The notes under the pieces were generated by a model, which searched no databases, had not been told where the DNA came from, and saw only the letters and a program-made list of their open reading frames with translations. A DNA stretch of 64,000 nucleotides, taken from contig JAGYNB010000001.1 of the NCBI GenBank assembly GCA_018400015.1, forward strand, positions 328,321 to 392,320. The letters run 5' to 3'. The position numbers and the translations under genes are program-made. This DNA is from Candidatus Omnitrophota bacterium. Lineage in GTDB: Bacteria; Omnitrophota; Gorgyraeia; Gygaellales; Gygaellaceae. Position 1 is the stretch's first letter. Each line of letters begins with the position of its first letter. Positions 8,907 through 18,612 of the stretch are shown in pieces.

Positions 8907-9974
8907 ATGGAAAACCAAGGCAAAATATTAGTTGTTGATGACGAGGAAGTTATAAGAAGTCTTTTAAAAGACGCTCTTACAGACTTAGGATATGAGGTCA
9001 CTACCTGTCCTAACGGTCAAAGCGGTATAAAAGAGGGGACATCAAATAGTTTTGATACGGTCATAACCGATATTCGACTTCCTGATATCGACGGGATACA
9101 CCTGTTGGGTGAAATAAAAAAAGCAGACCCCGAAGCTGTAGTTATTGTAGTTACCGGGTATCCGTCTTTTGACAGCGTTCGCGATGCCTTAAAGTTAGGT
9201 GCTCACGATTATCTTACCAAGCCTTTTAATATCGATGAGATTACTTTTACCATAAAAAAAGCCGTGCTTTTCCGTCAGACTTTAAAAAGGAACAAAGAAT
9301 TGGTTGAAGAGCTTGAAAGAAAAAACATGCTTTTAGAGCAGCAGAATGCGATACTTGAGGTAAGGGTAAAGGAACGTACTGCAAATCTGCAGAAGCTCTA
9401 TAGCGACTTAAGAAAAACATATATAGATACGATTAAGGCTTTTGCCGACGCCTTAGACGCTAAGGATCATTATACGAGAAGTCACTCTGAAAATGTTACC
9501 CGTATTGCAGTAAAGATTGCAGAACAGCTGGGTCTATCTTCCAATGAGATAGAAGATATAAGAGAAGCAGCACAATTGCACGATTTGGGAAAAATCGGAA
9601 TTGATGATGTGGTTTTAAGAAAGCCGGGTAAGCTCAACGATGAAGAGTGGGAGAAGATAAAAAGCCATCCCTTAAAAGGTGCTCAGATTTTGGAGCATTT
9701 AGGGTATTTAAAGAACATAACCGAGATTATAAAACAGCATCATGAAAAATATGACGGAACGGGTTATCCAGTTGGCTTAAAAGGGACAGAAATCAAACTT
9801 GGGGCAAGGATTGTTTCTTTGGCTGATTCTTTCGAGGCGATGACATCAGAGAGACCATACAGAAAAACTCCTTTAAAAAAAGAAGAAGCAATCAATGAAA
9901 TAAAGAAGAATTCCGGCACCCAATTCGACCCGATGATTGTTGAAACCTTCCTTAAGATAGTAGATAAATTTTAA
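8907..9974 (+). CDS. Response regulator with HD-GYP domain (c-di-GMP phosphodiesterase, RpfG-like)
   Basis: N-terminal REC domain (VVDDEE...D); C-terminal HD..HDLGK and HHEKYDGTGYP (HD-GYP) motifs. Confidence 0.8.
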   Translation: MENQGKILVVDDEEVIRSLLKDALTDLGYEVTTCPNGQSGIKEGTSNSFDTVITDIRLPDIDGIHLLGEIKKADPEAVVIVVTGYPSFDSVRDALKLGAHDYLTKPFNIDEITFTIKKAVLFRQTLKRNKELVEELERKNMLLEQQNAILEVRVKERTANLQKLYSDLRKTYIDTIKAFADALDAKDHYTRSHSENVTRIAVKIAEQLGLSSNEIEDIREAAQLHDLGKIGIDDVVLRKPGKLNDEEWEKIKSHPLKGAQILEHLGYLKNITEIIKQHHEKYDGTGYPVGLKGTEIKLGARIVSLADSFEAMTSERPYRKTPLKKEEAINEIKKNSGTQFDPMIVETFLKIVDKF

Positions 9975-9995
9975 CAGATAAAACCCTCTATTTAC

Positions 9996-10964
9996 GTGCG
10001 TAACAATATTTTATTTATTACTCTCAGTAATATCGGAGACGCAATGCTTGCTCTTCCTGTGTTGGATATTTTAAAAGATAAATATCCTGACTCTAGAATT
10101 ACAGTCTTGGCAAGTGAACGTTCAGAAGTTATTTTTAATAATGATCCTTCATTAGAGAGAGTTATAATATACAATAAAGCCTGTTCGTTAGCTGAAAAGT
10201 TCAAGCTTATAAAAGATTTAAGAAAAGATTATTTTGACTTAATTGTTGATTTGCGTAACAGCGCATTCCCAATTTTGTTGCGTGCTAAAAGAAAAACCAC
10301 TCCCTTAGATCATATTTTAAAAAAGAATAGACATATAACTAATTGGCATATTGCTAAATTGCGCAGGATTATCAAAGAGATTAATTTTAATGCCAAAAGG
10401 CAAAGTTTTTATGTCGATAAAGATTCAAGCAGGTTTATTATGGATAAGTTACAAGAGTTAGGGATAAAAGATGGTTCATTTGTAGCTTTGGCTGTAGGTG
10501 CGAGAAGTTATTTAAAATGCTGGGATAAAGATAAATTCTTGGTTTTATGCAGGAGGATTATTGAAGAACTTAATTTAGATCTGGTTTTAATAGGCGATGC
10601 TAAAGATAAGCCTGTTTGCGATTATATTCAGGGTAGTTTAAAAAGAAAAGTTTTTAATTTAACTGGCCAGACCACGTTAAAACAACTTGCTGCTCTTTTA
10701 TTAAAATCAAAATTACTTATTGCTAATGATAGCGGTATTATTCATTTGGCGAGTTATTTGAATGTACCTATTTTAGGTCTATACGGGCCCACGGACTACA
10801 AAAAATACGGCCCTTGGTCTGTAACAAATATTGTTGCAAGAATAAATTTGGACTGTGCACCTTGTGAAAAGGCCCATTGCAGATTTGACGAAGTTAAATG
10901 TTTAACCAGGTTGGACAGCGATTTCGTATTTGGTAAACTTAATAATTTAATTAATGAATTATAA
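9996..10964 (+). CDS. Glycosyltransferase family 9 (LPS heptosyltransferase)
   Basis: GT9 N-terminus LFITLSNIGDAMLALPVL; 322 aa; GTG start; sits in the LPS core cluster. Confidence 0.7.
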   Translation: MRNNILFITLSNIGDAMLALPVLDILKDKYPDSRITVLASERSEVIFNNDPSLERVIIYNKACSLAEKFKLIKDLRKDYFDLIVDLRNSAFPILLRAKRKTTPLDHILKKNRHITNWHIAKLRRIIKEINFNAKRQSFYVDKDSSRFIMDKLQELGIKDGSFVALAVGARSYLKCWDKDKFLVLCRRIIEELNLDLVLIGDAKDKPVCDYIQGSLKRKVFNLTGQTTLKQLAALLLKSKLLIANDSGIIHLASYLNVPILGLYGPTDYKKYGPWSVTNIVARINLDCAPCEKAHCRFDEVKCLTRLDSDFVFGKLNNLINEL

Positions 10965-11988
10965 ACGTATTCTGGTTATAAGAACAGATAGGATCGGAGA
11001 TGTGGTTATATCTACCGCGGTTATAAAAAACCTAAGAGAAGTTTTTCCGGATAGTTTTATCGCAATGATGGTTACTGCTTATACACGAGGAGTCGTTAAG
11101 AATAATCCGTTTTTAAACGAAGTAATAATTTATGATAAACGCGGCAAACATAAAAGCTGGTTGGCAACTTTAAGGTTTGCCTTAGGCTTAAGAAAGAAAA
11201 AATTCGATTTGGCAATAATTTTTCATCCCACTAATAGGGCGCATTTAGTAAGTTTTCTTGCCGGGATTCCTAAAAGAGTCGGCTTTAACAGGAAAATGGG
11301 GTTTTTGCTTACGGATAGAATTAAAGACACAAAACATGAAGGAAAAAAACACGAGTTAGAGTATTGCCTGGATTTGTTAAGATATTTAGGAATAAAGATC
11401 GAATCAAAAGATACATTTGTGGGCTTAGATAAGGCCGCCCAAGAAAATGTAGACCGTTTATTAACAGAAAAGGGAATTGATAGTAGAGATAAATTCATTC
11501 TTGTTCATCCCGCAGCGAGCTGTCCTTCTAGAAGATGGCCGGTTGAGAGATTCAGCCAGCTTTGCGATAAACTAATTGATAAATACAATATTAAAATTGT
11601 TTTTATTGCTTCAAATGATCAAAAGCATATTTGTGCTGATGCGATTAAAGGCATGAAATCACCGGCTATTGATTTTTCCGGTAGATGCAATATTGAAGAG
11701 CTGTGTTGTTTGATAAATAGATCCAGTCTTTTTGTCTCTAATGATTCAGGGCCGGTACATATAGCAGCAAGTTTGAATGTTCCAGTGGTAGCGATTTTTT
11801 CCCGTAACCAGCCGGGATTATCTCCTATAAGGTGGGGGCCTTTAGGCAAAAGAAGTCGTGTTGTAAAAAAGGATGCAGGTTGTGCGATTTGCCTTGCCCA
11901 TGCGTGTAAAAATCATTTTAAATGCCTGGATTTGATTACAGTTGATGATCTCTTAAGCGTTATTGACGAATTAGGCAATTTATGCTAA
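10954..11988 (+). CDS. Glycosyltransferase family 9 (LPS heptosyltransferase, WaaF/WaaC-like)
   Basis: ILVIRTDRIGDVV GT9 N-terminus; C-terminal FVSNDSGPVHIAA nucleotide-sugar motif. Confidence 0.7.
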   Translation: MNYKRILVIRTDRIGDVVISTAVIKNLREVFPDSFIAMMVTAYTRGVVKNNPFLNEVIIYDKRGKHKSWLATLRFALGLRKKKFDLAIIFHPTNRAHLVSFLAGIPKRVGFNRKMGFLLTDRIKDTKHEGKKHELEYCLDLLRYLGIKIESKDTFVGLDKAAQENVDRLLTEKGIDSRDKFILVHPAASCPSRRWPVERFSQLCDKLIDKYNIKIVFIASNDQKHICADAIKGMKSPAIDFSGRCNIEELCCLINRSSLFVSNDSGPVHIAASLNVPVVAIFSRNQPGLSPIRWGPLGKRSRVVKKDAGCAICLAHACKNHFKCLDLITVDDLLSVIDELGNLC

Positions 11989-12007
11989 TATTACCCTTTC
12001 AGAAAAC

Positions 12008-13033
12008 ATGAATAAAACAAGATTAAAATCAATAGTTTCGCGGTTTTCAAAAGCAAGAATACTGGTCGTAGGAGATGTTATTCTCGATGAGTATATCTGG
12101 GGTCATGTTACCCGGATTTCTCCAGAGGCACCTGTACCGGTTGTGCATGCTTACAGACGTTCCTTTATGCCCGGAGGTGCTGCCAATGTTTCCTATAATA
12201 TAAATACTTTGGGCGGGAAGTCTTCTATTGTCGGAGTTGTAGGGCAAGATAAGAATAAAGATATTTTGGTTCATCAGCTTAAAGCAAGGCATATTGATAC
12301 CAAAGGAATATTGTCCGATAGCAAGCGACATACCACTTTAAAAAGCCGTATAATAGCAAAACATCAGCAGGTGGTAAGGGTTGATTGGGAAAATGTCGAT
12401 ATAGTCTCATCTAGCGTGACTGCCAGGATAATGAGTTTTGTTGAAAAGAATATAAGCAAGTTTGACGCTGTTATAATCGAAGATTACGGTAAGGGTGTTA
12501 TCAGCGAAAGACTATTGTCAGATTTAATTCCTTTTGTGCGTTCTAAAGGTAAGATTATTACTGTTGATCCCAAAGAAGAACATTTTAAGCTTTACAAAAA
12601 TGTTTCCGGTATTACGCCTAATTTAAGCGAAGCGGAAAATGCAATCAGGAATTTAAAGATTAAAGATACAGAAAATAAATTTAATATAGATTCCGACAAG
12701 ATATTCAATCTTAATGATCTGAATTCAGCTGCAAAGAAGATCATAAATTATTTGGGTTTAGATTCTCTGCTTGTTACTTTAGGTGAAAATGGTATGAGGC
12801 TTTTTGAAAAAAATGGAAAGAAGACTCATATTCCAACATTCGCTCAGGAAGTTTTTGATGTTTCAGGTGCCGGAGATACGGTCATATCTGCGTTTACGCT
12901 TTCTTTAGCCTGTGGCGCAAGTTTTTCAGATGCTGCCAAAATCGCTAATATTACTGCTGGGATTGTTGTGGGTAAGGTAGGGACCGCAGAGGTTACTAAA
13001 CAAGAGTTGTTTAAGAAAATCAGGGATTTATAA
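12008..13033 (+). CDS. hldE: D-glycero-beta-D-manno-heptose-7-phosphate kinase (HldE domain I only; PfkB family)
   Basis: ILVVGDVILDEYIWGHVTRISPEAPVPVV matches the HldE/RfaE kinase N-terminus; C-terminal GAGDT motif; no adenylyltransferase domain. Confidence 0.75.
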   Translation: MNKTRLKSIVSRFSKARILVVGDVILDEYIWGHVTRISPEAPVPVVHAYRRSFMPGGAANVSYNINTLGGKSSIVGVVGQDKNKDILVHQLKARHIDTKGILSDSKRHTTLKSRIIAKHQQVVRVDWENVDIVSSSVTARIMSFVEKNISKFDAVIIEDYGKGVISERLLSDLIPFVRSKGKIITVDPKEEHFKLYKNVSGITPNLSEAENAIRNLKIKDTENKFNIDSDKIFNLNDLNSAAKKIINYLGLDSLLVTLGENGMRLFEKNGKKTHIPTFAQEVFDVSGAGDTVISAFTLSLACGASFSDAAKIANITAGIVVGKVGTAEVTKQELFKKIRDL

Positions 13034-13034
13034 T

Positions 13035-13787
13035 ATGGATGTTATCGGCGTAATTCCGGCAAGATACGGTTCAACGAGGTTTGAAGGAAAAATTTTAGCC
13101 AATATCATGGGTAAACCCATGATTCAGCACGTATGGGAAAGGGCAAAGCAAGCTACAAGTTTGGATGATTTGATTATTGCTTGTGATAATCAACTTGTGT
13201 TTGAAGTAGCTAAGGCATTTGGCGCAAATGTTGTTTTTACAGCCAAGGCGCATACTTGCGGAACAGACAGGATTGCCGAGGTGGTAAATCCTTTGGATGT
13301 TAAAGTAATCGTCAATATTCAGGCTGATGAGCCGTTATTGGAGCCGGCGTTAATAGATCAGTTAGTCTTAAGTATTCTTGAAGATAAAGACGTATACATA
13401 TCAACTCTTGCTAAACGAATTAACAATTTCGACGAATTTATCGATAAAAATATAGTAAAGGTTGTTTTGGACAAGGATAATTTTGCTTTGTATTTTTCCA
13501 GATCGCCTATTCCATATTTGAGCGAAGATATTGATATCAGCAGAACAACAATTTATAAACATCTCGGTCTTTATGCATACACTAAGGAATTTTTATTTAC
13601 ATTTAAGAATCTCGCTGTATCGGGTCTGGAGAAGTCCGAACGCCTTGAACAATTACGTGTTCTAGAAAACGGTTTTCGCATAAAAGTTATTGAAACTTCT
13701 CTTGAAACAATCGGGGTGGACACTCAAGAAGATTTAGATAAGGTAAAACAAATTTTACAAAGAAAAACTAATGGTTACAGTTCGTAA
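13035..13787 (+). CDS. kdsB: 3-deoxy-manno-octulosonate cytidylyltransferase (CMP-Kdo synthetase)
   Basis: IIPARYGSTRFEGK N-terminus typical of KdsB; 250 aa. Confidence 0.85.
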   Translation: MDVIGVIPARYGSTRFEGKILANIMGKPMIQHVWERAKQATSLDDLIIACDNQLVFEVAKAFGANVVFTAKAHTCGTDRIAEVVNPLDVKVIVNIQADEPLLEPALIDQLVLSILEDKDVYISTLAKRINNFDEFIDKNIVKVVLDKDNFALYFSRSPIPYLSEDIDISRTTIYKHLGLYAYTKEFLFTFKNLAVSGLEKSERLEQLRVLENGFRIKVIETSLETIGVDTQEDLDKVKQILQRKTNGYSS

Positions 13788-14580
13788 CATTAAGATTGGT
13801 TCTGGAAAAGGACTGGTTTTTATTGCCGGTCCATGTGTTATTGAGTCGGAGAATCTTACCCTTAAGATAGCCGATAGACTTAAAAAGCTAAGCCTAAAGC
13901 TGAAAGTTCCGATAATATTTAAAAGTAGTTTCGATAAGGCAAACAGGATGTCTTTGGATTCCTATAGGGGGCCGGGGCTTAAAAAAGGTTTGAGTATTTT
14001 AAGAAAAGTAAAACAAGAAACAGGTCTTGTTATATTAAGTGATATACATTGTGTTTCTCAAGTTGATGCCGCTTCGGAGGTTTTGGATATAATTCAGATT
14101 CCGGCATTTTTGTGCCGTCAGACTGATCTTGTGGTTGAAGTTGCAAAAACTAAAAAGGCAGTTAATTTAAAAAAAGGGCAGTTTATGGCTCCTAGAGATT
14201 TAGGCCCGATCATTAATAAAATTGTATCTCAAGGCAATAAAAATATAATTCTTACTGAAAGAGGGGTAAGTTTTGGTTATAACAATTTGGTAACTGATAT
14301 GCGTTCTTTAGCTATTATGCGCGGGTTTGGTTATCCGGTTATTTTTGATGCTACTCATAGTGTTCAGGTTCCTGGCGGTAAGGGAACTTGTTCTGGCGGA
14401 CAAAATGAGTTTATTGAACCTCTTGCGCGTGCAGCAGTCGGTTTTGGTTGCGATGGAGTGTTTTTGGAAGTTCATCCAAACCCAGGCAAAGCGCTTTGCG
14501 ACGGGGCTAATTCTTTAAAGTTACAAAGGCTGGAAAATTTATTAAAGGATTTGATTAAGATTGATAAGGTTTTAAAATGA
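13771..14580 (+). CDS. kdsA: 2-dehydro-3-deoxyphosphooctonate aldolase (Kdo-8-P synthase)
   Basis: DAHP-synthase-family TIM barrel, 269 aa; IPAFLCRQTDL and FDATHSVQ motifs. Confidence 0.85.
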   Translation: MVTVRNIKIGSGKGLVFIAGPCVIESENLTLKIADRLKKLSLKLKVPIIFKSSFDKANRMSLDSYRGPGLKKGLSILRKVKQETGLVILSDIHCVSQVDAASEVLDIIQIPAFLCRQTDLVVEVAKTKKAVNLKKGQFMAPRDLGPIINKIVSQGNKNIILTERGVSFGYNNLVTDMRSLAIMRGFGYPVIFDATHSVQVPGGKGTCSGGQNEFIEPLARAAVGFGCDGVFLEVHPNPGKALCDGANSLKLQRLENLLKDLIKIDKVLK

Positions 14581-15536
14581 GCATAAAAAGAGCAAAAGAG
14601 GTTTTAAAGATAGAAGCTGATTCGATCAAAGATCTTATTGGAAAACTGGATAAAGATTTTTTAAAGGCAGTTGGTTTTATTGAAAGTTGTAAAGGTCGCG
14701 TGGTAATAACCGGTGTTGGAAAAGGCGGTCTTATAGGCCAGAAGATTTCGGCAACTCTGTCTTCTTTGGGGACGCCCAGTTTATGGCTGCATTCAACAGA
14801 GGCTATACACGGAGATTTGGGTCGCGTAACTCAAGATGATGTCGTTGTGGTAATGTCCAACAGCGGTGAAACTCAGGAAGTAAAACAGCTGTTGCCTATA
14901 TTGAAGAAACTTGGTTCAAATATAATCGCGATCACGGGAAATAAAAAATCATCCTTAGCAAAACATGCAGATTGCGTTTTGGATTCTTCGGTAAAAAAAG
15001 AGGCCTGTTCTTTGGGGTTAGCTCCTACATCGTCAACAACAGCAATGCTGGCTTTGGGTGACGCCTTGGCGGTTTGTGTTTTAGATAGAAAAGGTTTTAA
15101 AAAAGAGGATTTTGCATTTTTACATCCCGGCGGTAATTTAGGTAAAAGGCTTTTGCTTAAAGTCGAAGATATAATGCGTAAAGGCAAAAACAACCCGATA
15201 GTAAAACAGGTTCAGACTGTAAAAGAGGCTCTTTATGCGATTACAGAAGCTCGAGCAGGCGCTGCCTGTGTAGTTGACACAAAAGGCAAACTCGTAGGTA
15301 TTTTCACCGATGGCGACTTAAGAAGGCATCTTGAGATAGACGATAACCTGTCAAATAAGAAAATCAGTTTTGTGATGACGAAGAATCCAACTACGATAAC
15401 CGGCGATAAGCTTGCCAGTGAAGCGTTGAGTGTTTTAAGAAGAAAGAAAATTGATGAAATACCTGTCGTGGATAAAAATAATAAACCCGTGGGCGTCGTG
15501 GATATTCAGGATATTTTAAGTGCAGGGCTCGTGTAG
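14577..15536 (+). CDS. kdsD: Arabinose-5-phosphate isomerase (SIS + tandem CBS)
   Basis: SIS domain (GVGKGG, SNSGET) followed by a CBS pair; KpsF/GutQ family; position between kdsA and kdsC. Confidence 0.85.
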   Translation: MSIKRAKEVLKIEADSIKDLIGKLDKDFLKAVGFIESCKGRVVITGVGKGGLIGQKISATLSSLGTPSLWLHSTEAIHGDLGRVTQDDVVVVMSNSGETQEVKQLLPILKKLGSNIIAITGNKKSSLAKHADCVLDSSVKKEACSLGLAPTSSTTAMLALGDALAVCVLDRKGFKKEDFAFLHPGGNLGKRLLLKVEDIMRKGKNNPIVKQVQTVKEALYAITEARAGAACVVDTKGKLVGIFTDGDLRRHLEIDDNLSNKKISFVMTKNPTTITGDKLASEALSVLRRKKIDEIPVVDKNNKPVGVVDIQDILSAGLV

Positions 15537-15539
15537 ATT

Positions 15540-16058
15540 ATGGACATGGAAGAAAGACTAAAAAAAATAAAATTACTGCTTTTAGATGTTGATGGTGTTT
15601 TGACTGACGGCAGAATTATATATGATAGTTCTGGAAAAGAGCTGAAGCTTTTTAACGTGCATGATGGAATGGGCGTACATTTACTTCATAAGCAGAATAT
15701 TCCTACGATTATAATTACTGCTAAAGCTTCCCGTGCGATAAAGCCGCGCGCTAAAGATATGTCTGTAGAGAAAGTTTATGATAATCTTATGCCTAAATCC
15801 CGAGTCTTTGACAAGATCCGTACAGAATATGGCATCGAGGCAAATGAAGTTTGTTTTATTGCAGATGATTTAGTTGATATCTCAGCAATGAAATTAGCCG
15901 GTTTTGCAGTTGCTGTAAATAATGCCTGCGAGCAGGTAAAGCAGATTGCGCATTACGTTACTAAGCTTTCCGGCGGCAAAGGTGCGGTAAGAGAAGTAAG
16001 CGAGCTTATCCTTAAATCTCAGAATAAATGGGATGAGGCACTCAAGGATTATGTATAA
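15540..16058 (+). CDS. kdsC: Kdo-8-phosphate phosphatase (HAD superfamily)
   Basis: LLLDVDGVLTDG HAD motif I; 172 aa; YrbI family. Confidence 0.85.
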   Translation: MDMEERLKKIKLLLLDVDGVLTDGRIIYDSSGKELKLFNVHDGMGVHLLHKQNIPTIIITAKASRAIKPRAKDMSVEKVYDNLMPKSRVFDKIRTEYGIEANEVCFIADDLVDISAMKLAGFAVAVNNACEQVKQIAHYVTKLSGGKGAVREVSELILKSQNKWDEALKDYV

Positions 16059-16932
16059 AAAAATAATCTTCAATTTAACTCTATTATTATTTGTTCTTTG
16101 CTTCGCTTGTATTGCTGAAAGTGAGACTGAGAGTGATCAGCAGATAACTGATTTTAATCTTTCCGGTTATTCTCAACAGGGCAAAAGAACCTGGGACGTT
16201 AAAGGCAAAACTGCGGATTTTCTCGACGAAATGGTAAATCTTTCTGATATTGATGCCAATTCTTATAAGGATACAGAAACAATAAATTTGATTGCTGACA
16301 AGGGAGTGTTTGATAAAAGCGAAGGCAAACTGCATTTGCAGGATAATGTTGTTATCACCACCGATTCAGGTGCAAAGTTAATTACTGATTCTCTTGATTG
16401 GAGTCAGAGTGAAGATGAGATCAATACAGAAGACAAGGTTAATATTGAGCATCCTGCTTTTAATGCTGACGGTAAGGGTTTAAAGGCACATCCAAGTCTT
16501 GATAAAGCCTCTCTTTTAAAAGATGTAGAAGTCACCCTTAAGGAAGAAGATGATATAAAACTAAAAACAGTCGAGGATGGCTCTGACGAGCGTACAGTCA
16601 TTACTTGTGATGGCCCATTGGAAGTTGATTACGAAAAAGGCATGGCTATTTTTTATGAAAATGTTAAAGCAAGCAACAAAGTCCAAGGCGATATTTACTG
16701 CGATGAGTTATTTACTTTTTTTAAGCCAGAGAATAAAGATGATCAAGCAGCTGACGACAGCTTGACCGGTAAAGGCGGGAAAATAGATAAGATCGTAGCT
16801 AAGGGCAATGTAAAGATAGTTAAGGGTGAAAATATCACCTTTAGCGATGAAGCGGTTTATGATGCGGTAGAAAAGAAAATAATTTTAACAGGAACTCCGA
16901 AATTATTTATTTATTCGGACGATATGGAGTAG
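16051..16932 (+). CDS. Periplasmic LptC/LptA (OstA-like) LPS-transport protein
   Basis: Signal peptide, Asp/Glu-rich beta-jellyroll-like sequence, sits exactly between kdsC and lptB where lptC-lptA occur in proteobacteria. Only one such gene is present, so it is probably LptC/LptA-like or a fused form. Confidence 0.45.
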   Translation: MYKKIIFNLTLLLFVLCFACIAESETESDQQITDFNLSGYSQQGKRTWDVKGKTADFLDEMVNLSDIDANSYKDTETINLIADKGVFDKSEGKLHLQDNVVITTDSGAKLITDSLDWSQSEDEINTEDKVNIEHPAFNADGKGLKAHPSLDKASLLKDVEVTLKEEDDIKLKTVEDGSDERTVITCDGPLEVDYEKGMAIFYENVKASNKVQGDIYCDELFTFFKPENKDDQAADDSLTGKGGKIDKIVAKGNVKIVKGENITFSDEAVYDAVEKKIILTGTPKLFIYSDDME

Positions 16933-16935
16933 GAT

Positions 16936-17658
16936 ATGCATTTATTGGAAATAAAAGGTCTTACTAAATCTTATGACGGCAAAACTGTTGTGCGTCATGT
17001 TGATATGGTTGTACGCCGCGGGGAGATAGTTGGTCTTTTAGGGCCAAATGGCGCTGGTAAAACTACTACCTTTTATATGGTGGTTGGGGTTATTGCACCA
17101 AACAAGGGAAAGATTATTTTTGATAACCAGGATATTACCAGGCTTCCTATTCATCAACGTGCACGTTTTGGGATAGGATATCTAGCACAGGATTCGTCAG
17201 TTTTCAAACGCCTGACAGTAGAAGAAAATATCCTAGCGATATTAGAAACTATGCCTTTTACTGCCAAGGAGCGAAAGGCAAGACTTTATAGCTTATTGGA
17301 AGAGTTAAATATCGCACACTTAGCAAAACATAAGGCATTTACCTTGTCAGGTGGTGAAAGACGCCGTCTTGAAATCACTAGGGCATTAGCAACAAATCCT
17401 TCATTTATTCTTTTGGATGAACCTTTTTCAGGTATTGATCCGATAGTGGTAGCAGAAGCACAAAGCATAATCCAGGATTTAAGAAATAAAGGATTAGGGA
17501 TATTGTTGACCGACCATAACGTCAGAGAGACTTTAGCGATAACAGACAGAGCTTATTTAATAGCAGAAGGAAAGATTCTTATTTCAGGTGGCGCTCAGGA
17601 TTTGATTAAGGATCCCAAGGCAAGAGAGATATACCTGGGCGAAAAATTTAAAATGTAG
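16936..17658 (+). CDS. lptB: LPS export ABC transporter ATP-binding protein
   Basis: Walker A GPNGAGKTT, signature LSGGERRR, Walker B LLDEPF; 240 aa; follows the Lpt periplasmic gene. Confidence 0.85.
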   Translation: MHLLEIKGLTKSYDGKTVVRHVDMVVRRGEIVGLLGPNGAGKTTTFYMVVGVIAPNKGKIIFDNQDITRLPIHQRARFGIGYLAQDSSVFKRLTVEENILAILETMPFTAKERKARLYSLLEELNIAHLAKHKAFTLSGGERRRLEITRALATNPSFILLDEPFSGIDPIVVAEAQSIIQDLRNKGLGILLTDHNVRETLAITDRAYLIAEGKILISGGAQDLIKDPKAREIYLGEKFKM

Positions 17659-17675
17659 GAAGGATTGTCAGAGAC

Positions 17676-18569
17676 ATGCTAAAAACACAGATAATTAAAA
17701 CGGAAAATGATGTTACTCACTTTTCGGTTAACCTTACAGGTAAGCGTATAACCGATAAGATGGAAGAGACCTATAAACAAATTAGTAAAGAAGCTAAAAT
17801 CCCCGGATTTCGTCCTGGTAAGGCTCCGGAGGAACTGATTAAAAAACAGTATTCTAAGCTGGCCGAACAAGAAACTATTAAAATGTTGGTTCCTGATCTC
17901 TATGATGAGGCTGTAAAAAAAGACAACATCGAGCCTATCGATATGCCTAATATTAGCGATGTAAATTTAGAAGGTGAAACTTTATCGTTTAATGTCAAAG
18001 TAGAAGTAAAGCCGAAAATTGAGATTAAAAAGTATAAGGGGTTAGATATTAATCTTGAACCAATTGAGGTAACCAAAGAAGATATAGAAAAAGCGATGGA
18101 TACTTTAAAACAGCAAAAAGGAAAAGATATCCAGGTTAATGATAAATTCGCCAAGTCCTGTGGTTATTATTCACTTAACGATATGCACGAGTCTTTAAAT
18201 AAAGAAATTTATCTGCAAAAAGAGCATGAGCGCATACAAAAAATGAGGGTACAATTGGTAGATCAGCTTAAACAAAATTGTAACTTTAAATTGCCCGAGA
18301 AGCTTGTTCAGAGGCGTTTTCATGAGTTAGTTGAGAATACCAAAAAAGAACTGATGACCAGATACGGATTTACCGAGCAGCAGTTTCAGGAAAAAGAATC
18401 CGAATTCAAAGAGCGTCTTAAAAAAGATGCCGAAGATGATGTTTGGGTTTATCTTGTTTTTGAAGAGATAGCAAAAAAGGAAAATATTGCGATAGAGCAT
18501 AATTTTATTCAGAAAGTTTTTGATTTTCTTCTTACCAGCGCAGCTTGGAAAAAGATAGAAAAAAAGTAA
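17676..18569 (+). CDS. tig: Trigger factor lacking the central PPIase (FKBP) domain
   Basis: N-terminal ribosome-binding domain with GFRPGKAP signature; C-terminal arm domain; only 297 aa, no FKBP segment; upstream of clpP. Confidence 0.65.
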   Translation: MLKTQIIKTENDVTHFSVNLTGKRITDKMEETYKQISKEAKIPGFRPGKAPEELIKKQYSKLAEQETIKMLVPDLYDEAVKKDNIEPIDMPNISDVNLEGETLSFNVKVEVKPKIEIKKYKGLDINLEPIEVTKEDIEKAMDTLKQQKGKDIQVNDKFAKSCGYYSLNDMHESLNKEIYLQKEHERIQKMRVQLVDQLKQNCNFKLPEKLVQRRFHELVENTKKELMTRYGFTEQQFQEKESEFKERLKKDAEDDVWVYLVFEEIAKKENIAIEHNFIQKVFDFLLTSAAWKKIEKK

Positions 18570-18612
18570 ATAAATAACAATTTTTTAAAAATTTACCCAT
18601 AAGGAGGAAATA

